The position numbers were made by a program, and so were the translations under genes. Below, piece by piece: positions 1 through 9,298 of a DNA stretch of 64,000 nucleotides; positions within the stretch are counted from its first letter, which is position 1, and every line of letters begins with the position of its first letter. This DNA comes from Candidatus Latescibacterota bacterium (GTDB lineage: Bacteria > Latescibacterota > UBA2968 > UBA8231), in assembly GCA_964291625.2 (NCBI GenBank), contig OZ220089.1:3072001-3136000 (forward strand). Direction: 5' to 3'. The notes under the pieces were generated by a model, which saw only the letters and a program-made list of their open reading frames with translations, had not been told where the DNA came from and ran no database searches.

Positions 1-4
1 GCCG

Positions 5-1627
5 TTGACCCGGGTGCGCACCGGCCGGCTGGCGCCCGGCCGCGATGGCACCGGCACCTGCCTCCAGGTCGAGCCGGGGACGCCGATGTCGGTGACCACC
101 CTGCGCAGCCCGGCCTTCCCCGTCGCCGCGGACCGGGACTACCTCTTCAAGGGCTACTACGCATCCACGAGCCGGGGGATCACCACGAAGGAGCGCTGGA
201 TCGACGCCGACGGGGTCTCCCTCAGCGGCCACTGGCTGGACGACGGAGAGGAGAAGGTCGGCTCCTTCGACATCGTGCTGCCGGACACCCAGGACCGCTG
301 GATCGAGTTCTTCCAGGAGGTGCGTCCGCCCGAGAGTGCGCGGGCCCTGCAGGTCGTGGTGACCCGGCGATGGGTGGGCGGCCGGCTGCGCCTGGACGAC
401 TTCTCGCTGCGGCCGGGCACGATCCGGGACTACGAGGAGGAGTTCTCCATCGCCGAGGTGGAGGACGAGGACTTCTTCCCCATCTACGGCTGGCTGACCC
501 CGGGCAGCCCGGCGGACCAGTACGAGGGCATGGACACGGACCAGTACCACGCCGAGTACGCGGTGGCGAACTTCAACATCAATCTCGAGCTGGACGAGTA
601 CGCGGGGTTCGGGGTGAAGTACCGCCCCCTGGGCGAGATGGACGACGCCAGGATGGCCGCGGCGGAGAGCGATCCCCGGGTGTGGTGGCTGGGCGGAGCC
701 AGCGAGCCCGGGGAGGAGGAGTTCCCGCGCCTGGCGCGGGAGCAGGAACGGGTCCGGCGGCTGGCGCCCTCCAAGGGGTACTGGGTGGTCCTGTTCCCCA
801 CGTACGCCGACGACTTCCACGGCGACCCGGAGGAGTACGACCACCACGTCAGGACCTTCCTGGAGATGGTGAAGCCGTCGGTGTTCACCTACGACCACTA
901 CTGCATGGTCGGCCGGGACCCGCGCGTGCACGCCGACAGCTGGTACAGCCCCAACCGCGAAGGGGACTACTTCCCCAACCTGGAGATCGTGCGCCGGCGC
1001 TCTCTCGAGGCGGACGCGGAGTTCGGGGTGATCGTCTCCGTGGGGTCCTTCGGGCCGGTGCGCGGGGCCAGCGAAGGGGAGCTGCGCTTCCAGGCCTTCA
1101 CCATCCTCGCGTACGGGGCCCGCTCCCTTGGCTGGTTCACCTACCTGACCGAGATCCCCTACGGCCACTGGACCAACTGGGAGGACATGGTCATCAACCG
1201 CGACGGCACGCGGACCCGCCACTACTCGATGCTGAAGTACCTCAACGGGGAGGTCCTCGCCCTGGCGCCGACCCTGCTGCGGCTCGAGTCGACGGGCGTC
1301 TACCACACGGGGCCGGTGCCGCCGCTGACCCGCCCCCTCGAGGAATCGAAGCTGGTGGCGTCGATCAGCGGGGGAATGGGGCTGGTGGGCGAGTTCCGGT
1401 CGGCCGCGGACGGTCGGGACTACATCCTGGTGGTGAACCGCGACTTCATCGATCCGGCGACGTTCGTGGTGAGGCTCCGGGAGCCGGCCGACGACCTGCG
1501 GGAGATCTCGAAGCAGACCGGCCGGCCGCAACCCGTCGCCGGCGATGCGGCGGCCACGGGCGAGCTGACCCTCGCCCTCGGCGCCGGAGACGGCCGCCTG
1601 TTCCGCCTCGGGCCGACGTCGAGGTGA
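5..1627 (+). CDS. Hypothetical carbohydrate-active protein (CBM-like beta-sandwich plus GH-like TIM barrel and C-terminal beta domain); probably truncated at the 5' window edge
   Basis: 540-aa ORF open from the window edge; motifs FFPIYGW, YDHY, ELRFQAFTILAYGARSLGWFTY resemble GH42-like hypothetical proteins. Confidence 0.6.
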   Translation: MTRVRTGRLAPGRDGTGTCLQVEPGTPMSVTTLRSPAFPVAADRDYLFKGYYASTSRGITTKERWIDADGVSLSGHWLDDGEEKVGSFDIVLPDTQDRWIEFFQEVRPPESARALQVVVTRRWVGGRLRLDDFSLRPGTIRDYEEEFSIAEVEDEDFFPIYGWLTPGSPADQYEGMDTDQYHAEYAVANFNINLELDEYAGFGVKYRPLGEMDDARMAAAESDPRVWWLGGASEPGEEEFPRLAREQERVRRLAPSKGYWVVLFPTYADDFHGDPEEYDHHVRTFLEMVKPSVFTYDHYCMVGRDPRVHADSWYSPNREGDYFPNLEIVRRRSLEADAEFGVIVSVGSFGPVRGASEGELRFQAFTILAYGARSLGWFTYLTEIPYGHWTNWEDMVINRDGTRTRHYSMLKYLNGEVLALAPTLLRLESTGVYHTGPVPPLTRPLEESKLVASISGGMGLVGEFRSAADGRDYILVVNRDFIDPATFVVRLREPADDLREISKQTGRPQPVAGDAAATGELTLALGAGDGRLFRLGPTSR

Positions 1628-1651
1628 CCCGGGGCGGGTCAGCGGCCGCCG

Positions 1652-2611
1652 TCAGCTCTCCTTCGTGACCGCCTGGATCATGGCGGTGATGTAGCCGAAC
1701 TGGAAGGCCCAGGCCTGGCGCACCCGTCCGGAGACGCCCGGGGGCGAGGGATCGTCCGGGTGACCGGGCGCGTGGTCGGGCATCAGCATGTACGGGTAGT
1801 CGACCTCGTGCAGCACCCGCGCCACCTCGTGCATGTCCACGTCGCCCTCGTCGGGCCAGACCTCCTGGAAGTCGTGCAGGCCCCCCTTGATGTTGCGGAA
1901 GTGGATGTTGAACAGCTTCCGGCGCCGGCCGAATCGGCGCACGATGTCGTACAGCTCCCGGCCCGGGTCCTCCAGCCCCTCGGAGGCGACGCCGCAGCAG
2001 AAGTTGAAGCCGTGCCAGTCGCTGTCCACCAGCTCGCTGAAGCGCGTCAGGCCCTCCATGACCGGCCAGTTCCAGCGCTCGACGCCGCGCAGCACCGGCG
2101 CCGGCGGGTCGTCGAGGTGGCAGGCCATCTGCACGCGGTATTCCTCGGCCACGGGGATCACCCGCTCGAGGAAATAGCGGGCGCGCTCGAAGCACTCGTC
2201 GCGGCTCACCTCGCCGGCCTCGGAGAGGCTGTCGTTGTCGAACTCCGACAGCCGGAAGGTGCTGTACGAGGTGCCGCCCCGGCCGGGGGTGGACGGGGTC
2301 CGCTGGTGGGGGAGGACGCAGAAGTTGTAGTTGAGCCCCCGCAGTCCGGCGCGCCCCGCGTTCTCGATCCAGCGGCAGACCTCGTCGAGGTCGCGGTCCC
2401 GCTCCGGGTCCCGCGCCAGGGTGATGCTCCGGGGGAGGCCGATGTGGATCATCTCCAGCTCCACGCCTTCGGCCGCCGCCGCCTCGCGGTGGCGCGTCAG
2501 CGTGTCGACCTCGTTGTCCTCGACGGTGGCGTCCATGTGGGTGACGCCGTGGCGCACGAGGAACTGCAGCTCGTGGCGGCTCGTGCCGATGCCCTGAACT
2601 CCCGCGTACAT
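1652..2611 (-). CDS. uxuA: Mannonate dehydratase (UxuA) family protein
   Basis: Motifs LNYNF, MACHLDDPP, GFNFCCG, IHFRNIKG, DEGDVDM, MPDHAP; ATG at 2611 with GGAGG upstream. Confidence 0.8.
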   Translation of the reverse strand: MYAGVQGIGTSRHELQFLVRHGVTHMDATVEDNEVDTLTRHREAAAAEGVELEMIHIGLPRSITLARDPERDRDLDEVCRWIENAGRAGLRGLNYNFCVLPHQRTPSTPGRGGTSYSTFRLSEFDNDSLSEAGEVSRDECFERARYFLERVIPVAEEYRVQMACHLDDPPAPVLRGVERWNWPVMEGLTRFSELVDSDWHGFNFCCGVASEGLEDPGRELYDIVRRFGRRRKLFNIHFRNIKGGLHDFQEVWPDEGDVDMHEVARVLHEVDYPYMLMPDHAPGHPDDPSPPGVSGRVRQAWAFQFGYITAMIQAVTKES

Positions 2612-2707
2612 GTCTTGCCTCCTGGTTGCGTCTTGGCGCCTTCGCCGGGGTCGCCCCCGGAGAGGCGCTAAGCTAACCAAGGGGTGGAGCCGGAGACAGC
2701 CGCGGGC

Positions 2708-2746
2708 GCCTTGACGAGCCCGCGTCCGGGACCGCTCTTATCGGCG
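2708..2746 (+). promoter_or_regulatory. Putative promoter motif (TTGACG...TATCGG), near-copy of 7121-7159
   Basis: gccttgacgagcccgcgtccgggaccgctcttatcggcg matches 7121-7159 at 35/39 positions; both lie in divergent intergenic regions about 25 nt before an ATG. Confidence 0.55.
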
Positions 2747-2773
2747 GCCCCTGCGGGGAAGAGGAGATAACCG

Positions 2774-3136
2774 ATGACCGTCAAGAGATCCGGGGAGGTC
2801 GGCCTCGAGGAGGTGGCCGGCGCCACGTCGGCCGCCCGCCAGGTCCTGGTCGGCCCCGACCTGTCGCCGCATTTCGCCATCCGGCGCTTCGTCATGGAGC
2901 CGGGCGGCGGCATGCCCCTGCACACCAACGAGGTCGAGCACGGCCAGTACGTGCTCGCCGGCCGGGCCACGATCGTCCTCGGCGACGAGGAGGTGCGGGT
3001 GCAGGCGGGCGACTCGCTGCACATCCCTGCCCGGCTTCCCCATTCCTACACCGTCGAAGGGGACGAGCCCTTCGAGTTCCTGTGCGTCGTACCCAACGCG
3101 GAGGACGAGATCCGCGTCTTGCCAAAGGAGTCGTGA
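2774..3136 (+). CDS. Cupin domain protein
   Basis: PLHTNEVEHGQYVLAG...IPARLPHSY cupin motifs; RBS gaggag. Confidence 0.85.
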   Translation: MTVKRSGEVGLEEVAGATSAARQVLVGPDLSPHFAIRRFVMEPGGGMPLHTNEVEHGQYVLAGRATIVLGDEEVRVQAGDSLHIPARLPHSYTVEGDEPFEFLCVVPNAEDEIRVLPKES

Positions 3137-3870
3137 TGGGACAGAAGGAACGCAAGCTGCTCGAGGAGATCCGTCAGTTCGACACGCCCTCGGTGACCAA
3201 CGTGGTCGCCACCTATCCCTCCCACCCCCTGTGCCTGGGGCTCTACAACCCGCTGACCGAGAACTGGTACACCGACGACAGCCTGCGCTGCATGTACCCC
3301 GAGCTGGGGGCGCTGGCCGGGTACGCCGTCACTGCCGTGTACGGCCCCACGGAGCCGGGTTTCGGCCGCCTCTCCGGCATGGACGTCTTCGACGCCATCG
3401 ACGCCTCGGAGAAGCCCAGCGTGTTCTGCTTTCAGCAGAAGTTCCCGCCCGAGCTGGCCGGCAAGATCGGCCTCTCCGGCGGCAACATGACCACGGCCAT
3501 GAAGGCCATGGGCGCCGTCGGGGCGATCTCCAACGGGCCGTCGCGGGACATCGACGAGATCCGGCCCATGAAGTTCCAGTACCTGCTGAGCGGGATCACG
3601 CCCGGCCACGGCGGCCAGGAGGTGCACGCCATCAACGTGCCCGTCCACATCGCCGGCATGGACGTGGCCCCGGGCGAGATCGTGCACATGGACGAGAACG
3701 GGGCCTGCAAGTTCCCGGCCGACCGGCTCGAGCAGGTGGTGGAGAACCTGCACAAGCTGCGCGAGGAGGAGGAGGAGCGCATGGGCCGCCTCGCCAAGGC
3801 GAAGTCGTCGGCCGAGATCCGCGCCATCTTCTCGGGACAGCCGTACGGCGGGGCGAAGAAGAAGAAGTAG
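3136..3870 (+). CDS. RraA/HMG aldolase family protein
   Basis: FDTPSVTN, GGNMTT, SNGPSRDIDE, GEIVHMDENG; ATG overlaps the cupin stop (TGATG). Confidence 0.8.
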   Translation: MGQKERKLLEEIRQFDTPSVTNVVATYPSHPLCLGLYNPLTENWYTDDSLRCMYPELGALAGYAVTAVYGPTEPGFGRLSGMDVFDAIDASEKPSVFCFQQKFPPELAGKIGLSGGNMTTAMKAMGAVGAISNGPSRDIDEIRPMKFQYLLSGITPGHGGQEVHAINVPVHIAGMDVAPGEIVHMDENGACKFPADRLEQVVENLHKLREEEEERMGRLAKAKSSAEIRAIFSGQPYGGAKKKK

Positions 3871-3894
3871 AAGTAGCAAGCCAGGGAACCCTCC

Positions 3895-5217
3895 GTGAAC
3901 TACAGCGACCAGGAGATCGCCCGCCAGCTTCGCCTGGCCGAGGACCAGCAACCCGTGCCCGGCACGGGACCGGGAACGCTGGACGAAGCGCTCTGGAAGC
4001 CGTTGTTGAGCGCCGAAGGCAGGGCCGACCCGGAAACGGCCCTGGAGAAGACGGGCCTTCTCGGGCGCGACGAACATGGCACGGTGCGGGCCACCGTCGC
4101 CGGCCTCCTCTTCTGCAGCCACACACCGGAGGAATGGCTGCCCAACGCCTGCATCACGGCCACCCACTACCGCGGTACCGACCGGGCCTCCGGCCAACTC
4201 GACACCCAGACGATCAGCGGCCCCCTCAACCGGCAGATCGCCGAAGCGGTCGCCTTCGCCGTGCGCAACATGCGCGTCGGGGCCTACAAGGATCCGGCTC
4301 GCATGGATCTGCCACAGTACAGCGCCGAGGCCCTGTTCGAGGCGATCGCCAATGCGGTGGCCCACCGCGACTATTCGATGCGCGGCAGCCGGATTCGCCT
4401 GTCCATGTTTGCCGACCGGGTGGAGATACAGTCGCCCGGAGCCCTGGCCAACAGTCTGACCATAGATGAGCTGGAGTACCGGCAGGCGACGCGCAACGAG
4501 GTCCTTGCTTCGGTCCTCGGCCGGATGCCGACCAGCGGCATCCAGGGGGCCGGTGGCCGGCTGTTCATCATGGAGCGCCGCGGCGACGGCGTCCCCGTCA
4601 TCCGGCGAGAGACCCGCGAACTCGCCGGGCGGCTGCCGCGGTTCGAGCTGGTTGGAGGTGTGGACCTTCGCGTCACCCTGCCGGCGGCCTCCACCGAGCC
4701 GAGTCCCGCCCGCGTGCTCGTGACCGTGCGCGCAGGCAACCAGCCGCTTCCCGATGCCGAGGTACTGGTCTTGTTCCCGAACAAGACCTGGAAGCGGGCC
4801 ACGACGGATGCGCTGGGCCAAGCCACCATCGGCCTGCATACGGCTGATCTGCCGATGACCGTGTTCGCCGCGGCTCACGGCTTTGGCGCGCACTCCAGAC
4901 GTGAGTGGATACCCGCGGACGATGGGCTCACCATCGAGCTCGAGCCGCTGCCCGGCGGCGGCGCCGTCATTCTGTTCGAAGACAGCGGCCAGGTTCCGGG
5001 GCTGAAGGGGTCGCTGAATCCGGTTCGAGACCCCCTCGACCGGACCTATCTCTACGCCTCGAACATCGCCATCAACCAGGGCCAGCAGCAGCCGGTGCAC
5101 TTCGTGCTCGGCGAAGACCTGCGGCTCACCGATGTCGACGGCGTCGAGATGATCGGGCGGATCGTGGAGATCGTGGGACGGTCCGCCCTGGTCGAGTATC
5201 GGCCGTTCAATCCGTGA
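3895..5217 (+). CDS. ATP-binding/RecG-C-like protein with the N-terminal AlbA_2 (Schlafen) domain apparently deleted
   Basis: EAIANAVAHRDY, DRVEIQSPG, TRNEVLA, MERRGDGV motifs; N-terminus jumps from RQLRLAED directly to QQPVPGTG. Confidence 0.7.
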   Translation: MNYSDQEIARQLRLAEDQQPVPGTGPGTLDEALWKPLLSAEGRADPETALEKTGLLGRDEHGTVRATVAGLLFCSHTPEEWLPNACITATHYRGTDRASGQLDTQTISGPLNRQIAEAVAFAVRNMRVGAYKDPARMDLPQYSAEALFEAIANAVAHRDYSMRGSRIRLSMFADRVEIQSPGALANSLTIDELEYRQATRNEVLASVLGRMPTSGIQGAGGRLFIMERRGDGVPVIRRETRELAGRLPRFELVGGVDLRVTLPAASTEPSPARVLVTVRAGNQPLPDAEVLVLFPNKTWKRATTDALGQATIGLHTADLPMTVFAAAHGFGAHSRREWIPADDGLTIELEPLPGGGAVILFEDSGQVPGLKGSLNPVRDPLDRTYLYASNIAINQGQQQPVHFVLGEDLRLTDVDGVEMIGRIVEIVGRSALVEYRPFNP

Positions 5218-6193
5218 TACGGGCGGAGGCCGCGGCCTCCATGGCCGCGGTGTAGACCCGGCTCGCGGCCCACAGCCGCTGCCTGAGCTCCTCGGGCACC
5301 TGCAGCCTCGTGCCGGCGACCATCTCGTCCACGTGGGCCGGCGTCTCGGCGCCGCCGAGGACGCAGGTCACCTCGGGATGGGAGAGGACCCAGGCGACGC
5401 AGACCTGGGCCCGGCTGACGCCCAGCTCCGCCGCCGCCTCGTCGACCGCGGCGAGCATCGTCTCCAGGGGGGAGCCGCTCTCCACCGGCCCGCCCGGCGC
5501 CAGGGTGCCGCGGTCCATGGGGCCGAAGGCCAGCAGCCCGAGGCCTCTCTCCCGCAGCAGGGGGAACATCTCTTCCTCGTAGCGGCGGACCCGGGCGCGG
5601 CCGTCGTCGTGGACCTTGGTGCCGCCCACGGTGTAGTAGTCCTCCAGGCCGCAGGGAGGGGTGGTCCCCGCCGCCTCCGCGGCCTCCAGCAGGGCCCGCA
5701 CCGCCGCCGCCGCGTGGTTGGAGACCCCCCAGTGGCGGATGCGGCCCTCGTCGATGAGCCGCTGCATGCTCTCGCACTGGGCCTCGGGCGGGGTCTCGGG
5801 GTCGGGCTGGTGCAGCAGGTAGAGGTCGATCACCTCCGTGCGCAGCCGCCGGAGGCTGGCCTCGCACTGCTCGCGCAGGAACTCCAGGGTGAAGGGGACG
5901 CGGTCCCAGGCGCCCTCGCCCGAGGGCGGCAGCCCGGGCAGCACCTTGGTGCAGATCACGACCTCGTCCCGCCGCCCCTGCAGGGCCTGCCCCAGCAGGC
6001 GCTCGGAGCCCCCCCAGCCGTAGGCGGTGGCCGAGTCGAAGAAGGTGACCCCCACGTCGAGGCAGTGGCGCAGCACCGCCTCGCCCCGCGGGTCCGTCTC
6101 GTCGCGGGCCAGGCTCTGGAAGGCGGTCCCCTGGCACAGGCGGGTGACGCGCAGGTCGGTGGGGCCGAAGGCGGCGGTCGGCAGGGCGGTCAC
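5207..6193 (-). CDS. Aldo/keto reductase
   Basis: FFDSATAYG, VICTKV, SLRRLRTEVIDLYLLHQPD, GVSN motifs. Confidence 0.9.
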   Translation of the reverse strand: MTALPTAAFGPTDLRVTRLCQGTAFQSLARDETDPRGEAVLRHCLDVGVTFFDSATAYGWGGSERLLGQALQGRRDEVVICTKVLPGLPPSGEGAWDRVPFTLEFLREQCEASLRRLRTEVIDLYLLHQPDPETPPEAQCESMQRLIDEGRIRHWGVSNHAAAAVRALLEAAEAAGTTPPCGLEDYYTVGGTKVHDDGRARVRRYEEEMFPLLRERGLGLLAFGPMDRGTLAPGGPVESGSPLETMLAAVDEAAAELGVSRAQVCVAWVLSHPEVTCVLGGAETPAHVDEMVAGTRLQVPEELRQRLWAASRVYTAAMEAAASARITD

Positions 6194-7010
6194 TTGTAGA
6201 GGGCCGATCCCTTGTCCTCGCGCCGGTAGTGGGGCGCCGAGATCACGGCCTGCTGTTGCGGGGTCAGCTCGTCGAAGAAATCGGCGGCGTGTACGTGCCC
6301 ATGATCCCCTCGGCCATGACCCCGGAGTTGTAGCGCAGGATCACGGTGCGGCGCTGGCTCCTGGCCGTCCACGGCAGGGCCCCGTGCATCAGGCACTCCA
6401 CGAAGAGGATGCCGTCGCCGGCGCGGGCCGGGATCTGCACGAAGCGGTCCTGGTGGGCCTCGTAGAGACGGATGTCGTCGGGGCAGGGGAAGTTGGCCCG
6501 GTGGCTGCCGGGCACGCAGGCGAAGCCGCCGTCGCCGGCCTCCACGTCGGTGAGCTGCACGGCGATGTTGGTCATGCCGCAGAACATGCGGCCGTTGCGG
6601 TAGTGGTAGCCCCGGGAGCGGTCGTGGGGCTCGCCCCCCTCGTGGAACCAGAAGCCCTCGGCGCCCTCGTCCATGGTGATGATGCTCAGCCCCTCCAGGC
6701 GGAACCCCGGTCCCAGCAGCTCCTCGAGGAAGCGCCCGCTGTTGGGGTGGGCGATCATCTGCCTGAAGACGTCGCAGTGGGGCTTCTCCCAGGTGAGCAT
6801 GCTGCCGAGGTCGCCGCGGCCCTGGCTGCCCTCGAGGGTCCGGGAGCCGTTGGCCAGGTCGCCTGGGCGGATCTGGATCTGGCCGGCGTGGTGGTCCACG
6901 GCGGCGTTGGCGGCCGCTACCTCCTCGGGCGACAGCAGGCCCTCGATCACCAGGTAGCCGTGCACGTCGAAGAGGTACTTCTCCGCTTCCGTCATTCCCC
7001 TTGCGGTCAC
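6190..7010 (-). CDS. PhyH-family (phytanoyl-CoA dioxygenase-like) protein with a -1 frameshift near 6285
   Basis: FDVHGYLVIEG, FHEGG, GGFACVPGSH, LMHGALPW; C-terminus DFFDELTPQQQAVI continues in another frame and ends overlapping the AKR start (GTGA). Confidence 0.75.
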
Positions 7011-7120
7011 CGGTGATCTCCTTTCGCCAGGGGCGGGACCCGCCTCGCCGGGCCACCTTCGGGGGCCGCCCGCGGGGGCGCCAAGATAGCGAAGCCGCGG
7101 GGCGGGAGACAGACGCAGCC

Positions 7121-7159
7121 GCCTTGACGCGCCCGCGGCCGGGACCGCTTATATCGGCG
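7121..7159 (+). promoter_or_regulatory. Putative promoter motif, near-copy of 2708-2746
   Basis: gccttgacgcgcccgcggccgggaccgcttatatcggcg upstream of ATG 7184. Confidence 0.55.
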
Positions 7160-7183
7160 AACCCACCACCGGAAGGGAGACCG

Positions 7184-8392
7184 ATGGCCAAGAGCAAGGG
7201 CAAGCGGGTGAACCTGGCGATCGTCGGCTGCGGCGGCATGGCCGGCGCCCACCTGCGGGGATACGAGGAGCTGCTGCAGCGGGGCGAGGACCGCTTCCGC
7301 ATCGTCGCCGCCGTGGACGAGGCGAAGGAGCGGGCCGAGGGCTTCGCCGACCGCCTCGGCTCCGAAGCCGGCTGGGAGGTGGCCGCCTTCGGCAGCGTCG
7401 ACGAGCTGCTCGACAGCGGCCTGACGGTCGACGGCGCCGACATCTGCAGCCCCCACGGCCTGCACCACGTCCTCGGCTGTCAGCTCCTGCAGGCCGGCGT
7501 CAACGTCCTCATCGAGAAGCCGATCGGCATCACCGTGAAGGCATCGAAGAAGATCGCCGCCACCGCGAGGCGGCGGGGCCTGGTGGCGGCCACCGCCGAG
7601 CAGTGCCGCCGCGCCATCGGCCAGCGCACCATCCACTGGGCCTTCAACGACGGGCTGCTCGGCGATCCGACGATGTGGTGGGCGATCCAGGCGCGCTGGC
7701 AGGACCCGGAGCCCGTGGGCGGCTGGAGCTGGCGCGTCGACCGCCGGCTGGGCGGCTGCGGCATGGTCATGGACTCCGGCGCCCACTGGGTCGACACCAT
7801 GAGATACTGGTTCGGCGAGATCGACTCCGTCTTCGCTCGCGTCGAGCAGGTCCGCGACCGGCGGTTCCGCAAGGGCCGGCGCGTCGTCAAGGGCGCTCAG
7901 GAGGACTTCTGGACGGCGATCTTCAACTTCAAGAGCGGCCTCGCCGGCACCTGGTCGTGGACGATCTCGGCGCCGGGCAAGGGCTTTACCCAGCTCACCC
8001 TGGCCGGCACCCGCGGATCGATCATCGACTCCGACATCTTCCACCCCGCCGCCTTCCAGGCCAACGGCGAGTGCCAGCTCGTCGACGGCACCACCTACAG
8101 CATGGGCAAGCTGCAGGAGATGTACCTCGACACCCTCTCCGCCGCCCGCCGCGAGGAGCTCTTCCCCTACGGCATCACCGCCGGCGTCCCCCTCGAGCTG
8201 TGGGACTTCATCGACGCCCTCTCCCGCGGCCGGCCCGTGGAGATCGACGCCGAGGAGGGAATGCGCTCCAAGGCGGTGAGCGAGGCGATCTACGAGTCGG
8301 GCAAGTCCGGGCAGGTGGTCAAGGTGGCCGACGTGGTGTCCGGCAAGGTCGACGCCTGGCAGCGCGACCTGAACCGCTACTGGAATCTGTGA
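7184..8392 (+). CDS. Gfo/Idh/MocA family oxidoreductase
   Basis: AIVGCGGMA, VLIEKPIG, DSGAHWVD motifs; RBS aaggga. Confidence 0.9.
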   Translation: MAKSKGKRVNLAIVGCGGMAGAHLRGYEELLQRGEDRFRIVAAVDEAKERAEGFADRLGSEAGWEVAAFGSVDELLDSGLTVDGADICSPHGLHHVLGCQLLQAGVNVLIEKPIGITVKASKKIAATARRRGLVAATAEQCRRAIGQRTIHWAFNDGLLGDPTMWWAIQARWQDPEPVGGWSWRVDRRLGGCGMVMDSGAHWVDTMRYWFGEIDSVFARVEQVRDRRFRKGRRVVKGAQEDFWTAIFNFKSGLAGTWSWTISAPGKGFTQLTLAGTRGSIIDSDIFHPAAFQANGECQLVDGTTYSMGKLQEMYLDTLSAARREELFPYGITAGVPLELWDFIDALSRGRPVEIDAEEGMRSKAVSEAIYESGKSGQVVKVADVVSGKVDAWQRDLNRYWNL

Positions 8393-8491
8393 AGGGGGCG
8401 GCCTTGGGACTCGCCGGGGGGTAGTTCATAAGTGACTATGAATCAATACGTTACGTAGCCTTCTGATCTGTCCCGGCACTGGCCGCAGAAA

Positions 8492-8525
8492 ACCCCTTGA
8501 CAAGGGGTCTACATGTCCATATAAA
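8492..8525 (+). promoter_or_regulatory. Consensus sigma70 promoter (TTGACA-N17-TATAAA) with a perfect palindrome centred on the -35 box
   Basis: TTGACA 8497-8502, TATAAA 8520-8525; ACCCCTTG-A-CAAGGGGT at 8492-8508. Confidence 0.8.
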
Positions 8526-8531
8526 AGCATA

Positions 8532-8606
8532 TACGCTTCTTTGTACCCCCCGTGCGGCAATGAGATCGCACGGCCCCCCGGGGCTCCGGCCCCGGGGATT
8601 TTTTTT
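8532..8606 (+). ncRNA. Candidate ~75-nt small RNA or leader (two hairpins) upstream of the NYN RNase
   Basis: Bounded by the promoter and an intrinsic terminator; hairpin CCGTGCG-N10-CGCACGG at 8550-8573. Confidence 0.45.
8576..8606 (+). terminator. Rho-independent terminator located upstream of the NYN CDS
   Basis: CCCCGGGGC-tccg-GCCCCGGGG followed by A and T8. Confidence 0.8.
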
Positions 8607-8633
8607 GCCCGGAGTGAAGAGGGAGGGGCTGTC

Positions 8634-9251
8634 TTGGAGCGAGTGTACGCATTCATCGATGGCTTCAATCTCTATCACGCCATCGATGAACTGAATTGTC
8701 CGCACCTAAAGTGGCTCGATCTATGGGCATTGGCCGAGCGGTTTGTTCTTAGGCGTACCCAAAGATTGGAGAAGGTCTTCCTCTTCTCGTCACACACTAC
8801 ATGGAAACCTGGATCGTACCGGAGACAGAGGATTTACTTCAAAGCTGTAGCGGCTAAAGGAGTCGAGATCCAACTGGGAAGGTTTCAGAAGGGAACGAGC
8901 GAGTGCAGGGCCTGCGGGCGGCGGTGGGAAACTCACGAAGAAAAGCAGACCGATGTGAACCTTGCATCATTCTTGATTGCATATGGGGGAGTCAAGGGAT
9001 ATGATCGTGCCATCCTCGTGTCCCAGGATTCTGACTTCTCCCTTCCTGTGCAGCTGGTCGAGAAATCTGGAAAGTCCGTCAGAGTGGTCCTTCCTCCGAA
9101 CCGGCGGTACGGAGGAAGACTGGTGCAACTTGCTTCGGAGAAGTCAAGGATTACAGTCCAACAGCTCATGGACTGCCAACTGGAGGATACTGTCCGGGAC
9201 AAGTCCGGTAGAGTTGTAGCACGTCGTCCACAGGAATACATGGAGAAGTGA
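8634..9251 (+). CDS. NYN (LabA/DUF88, PIN-like) domain ribonuclease with a CxxC insert; low GC
   Basis: RVYAFIDGFNLYH, EEKQTDVNLA, DRAILVSQDSDF; CRACG; TTG start after RBS gggagg. Confidence 0.85.
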   Translation: MERVYAFIDGFNLYHAIDELNCPHLKWLDLWALAERFVLRRTQRLEKVFLFSSHTTWKPGSYRRQRIYFKAVAAKGVEIQLGRFQKGTSECRACGRRWETHEEKQTDVNLASFLIAYGGVKGYDRAILVSQDSDFSLPVQLVEKSGKSVRVVLPPNRRYGGRLVQLASEKSRITVQQLMDCQLEDTVRDKSGRVVARRPQEYMEK

Positions 9252-9298
9252 GATGAGCTCATGGCCCCCCAGGTGAACACCTTCAGGAAGAGGACAGA

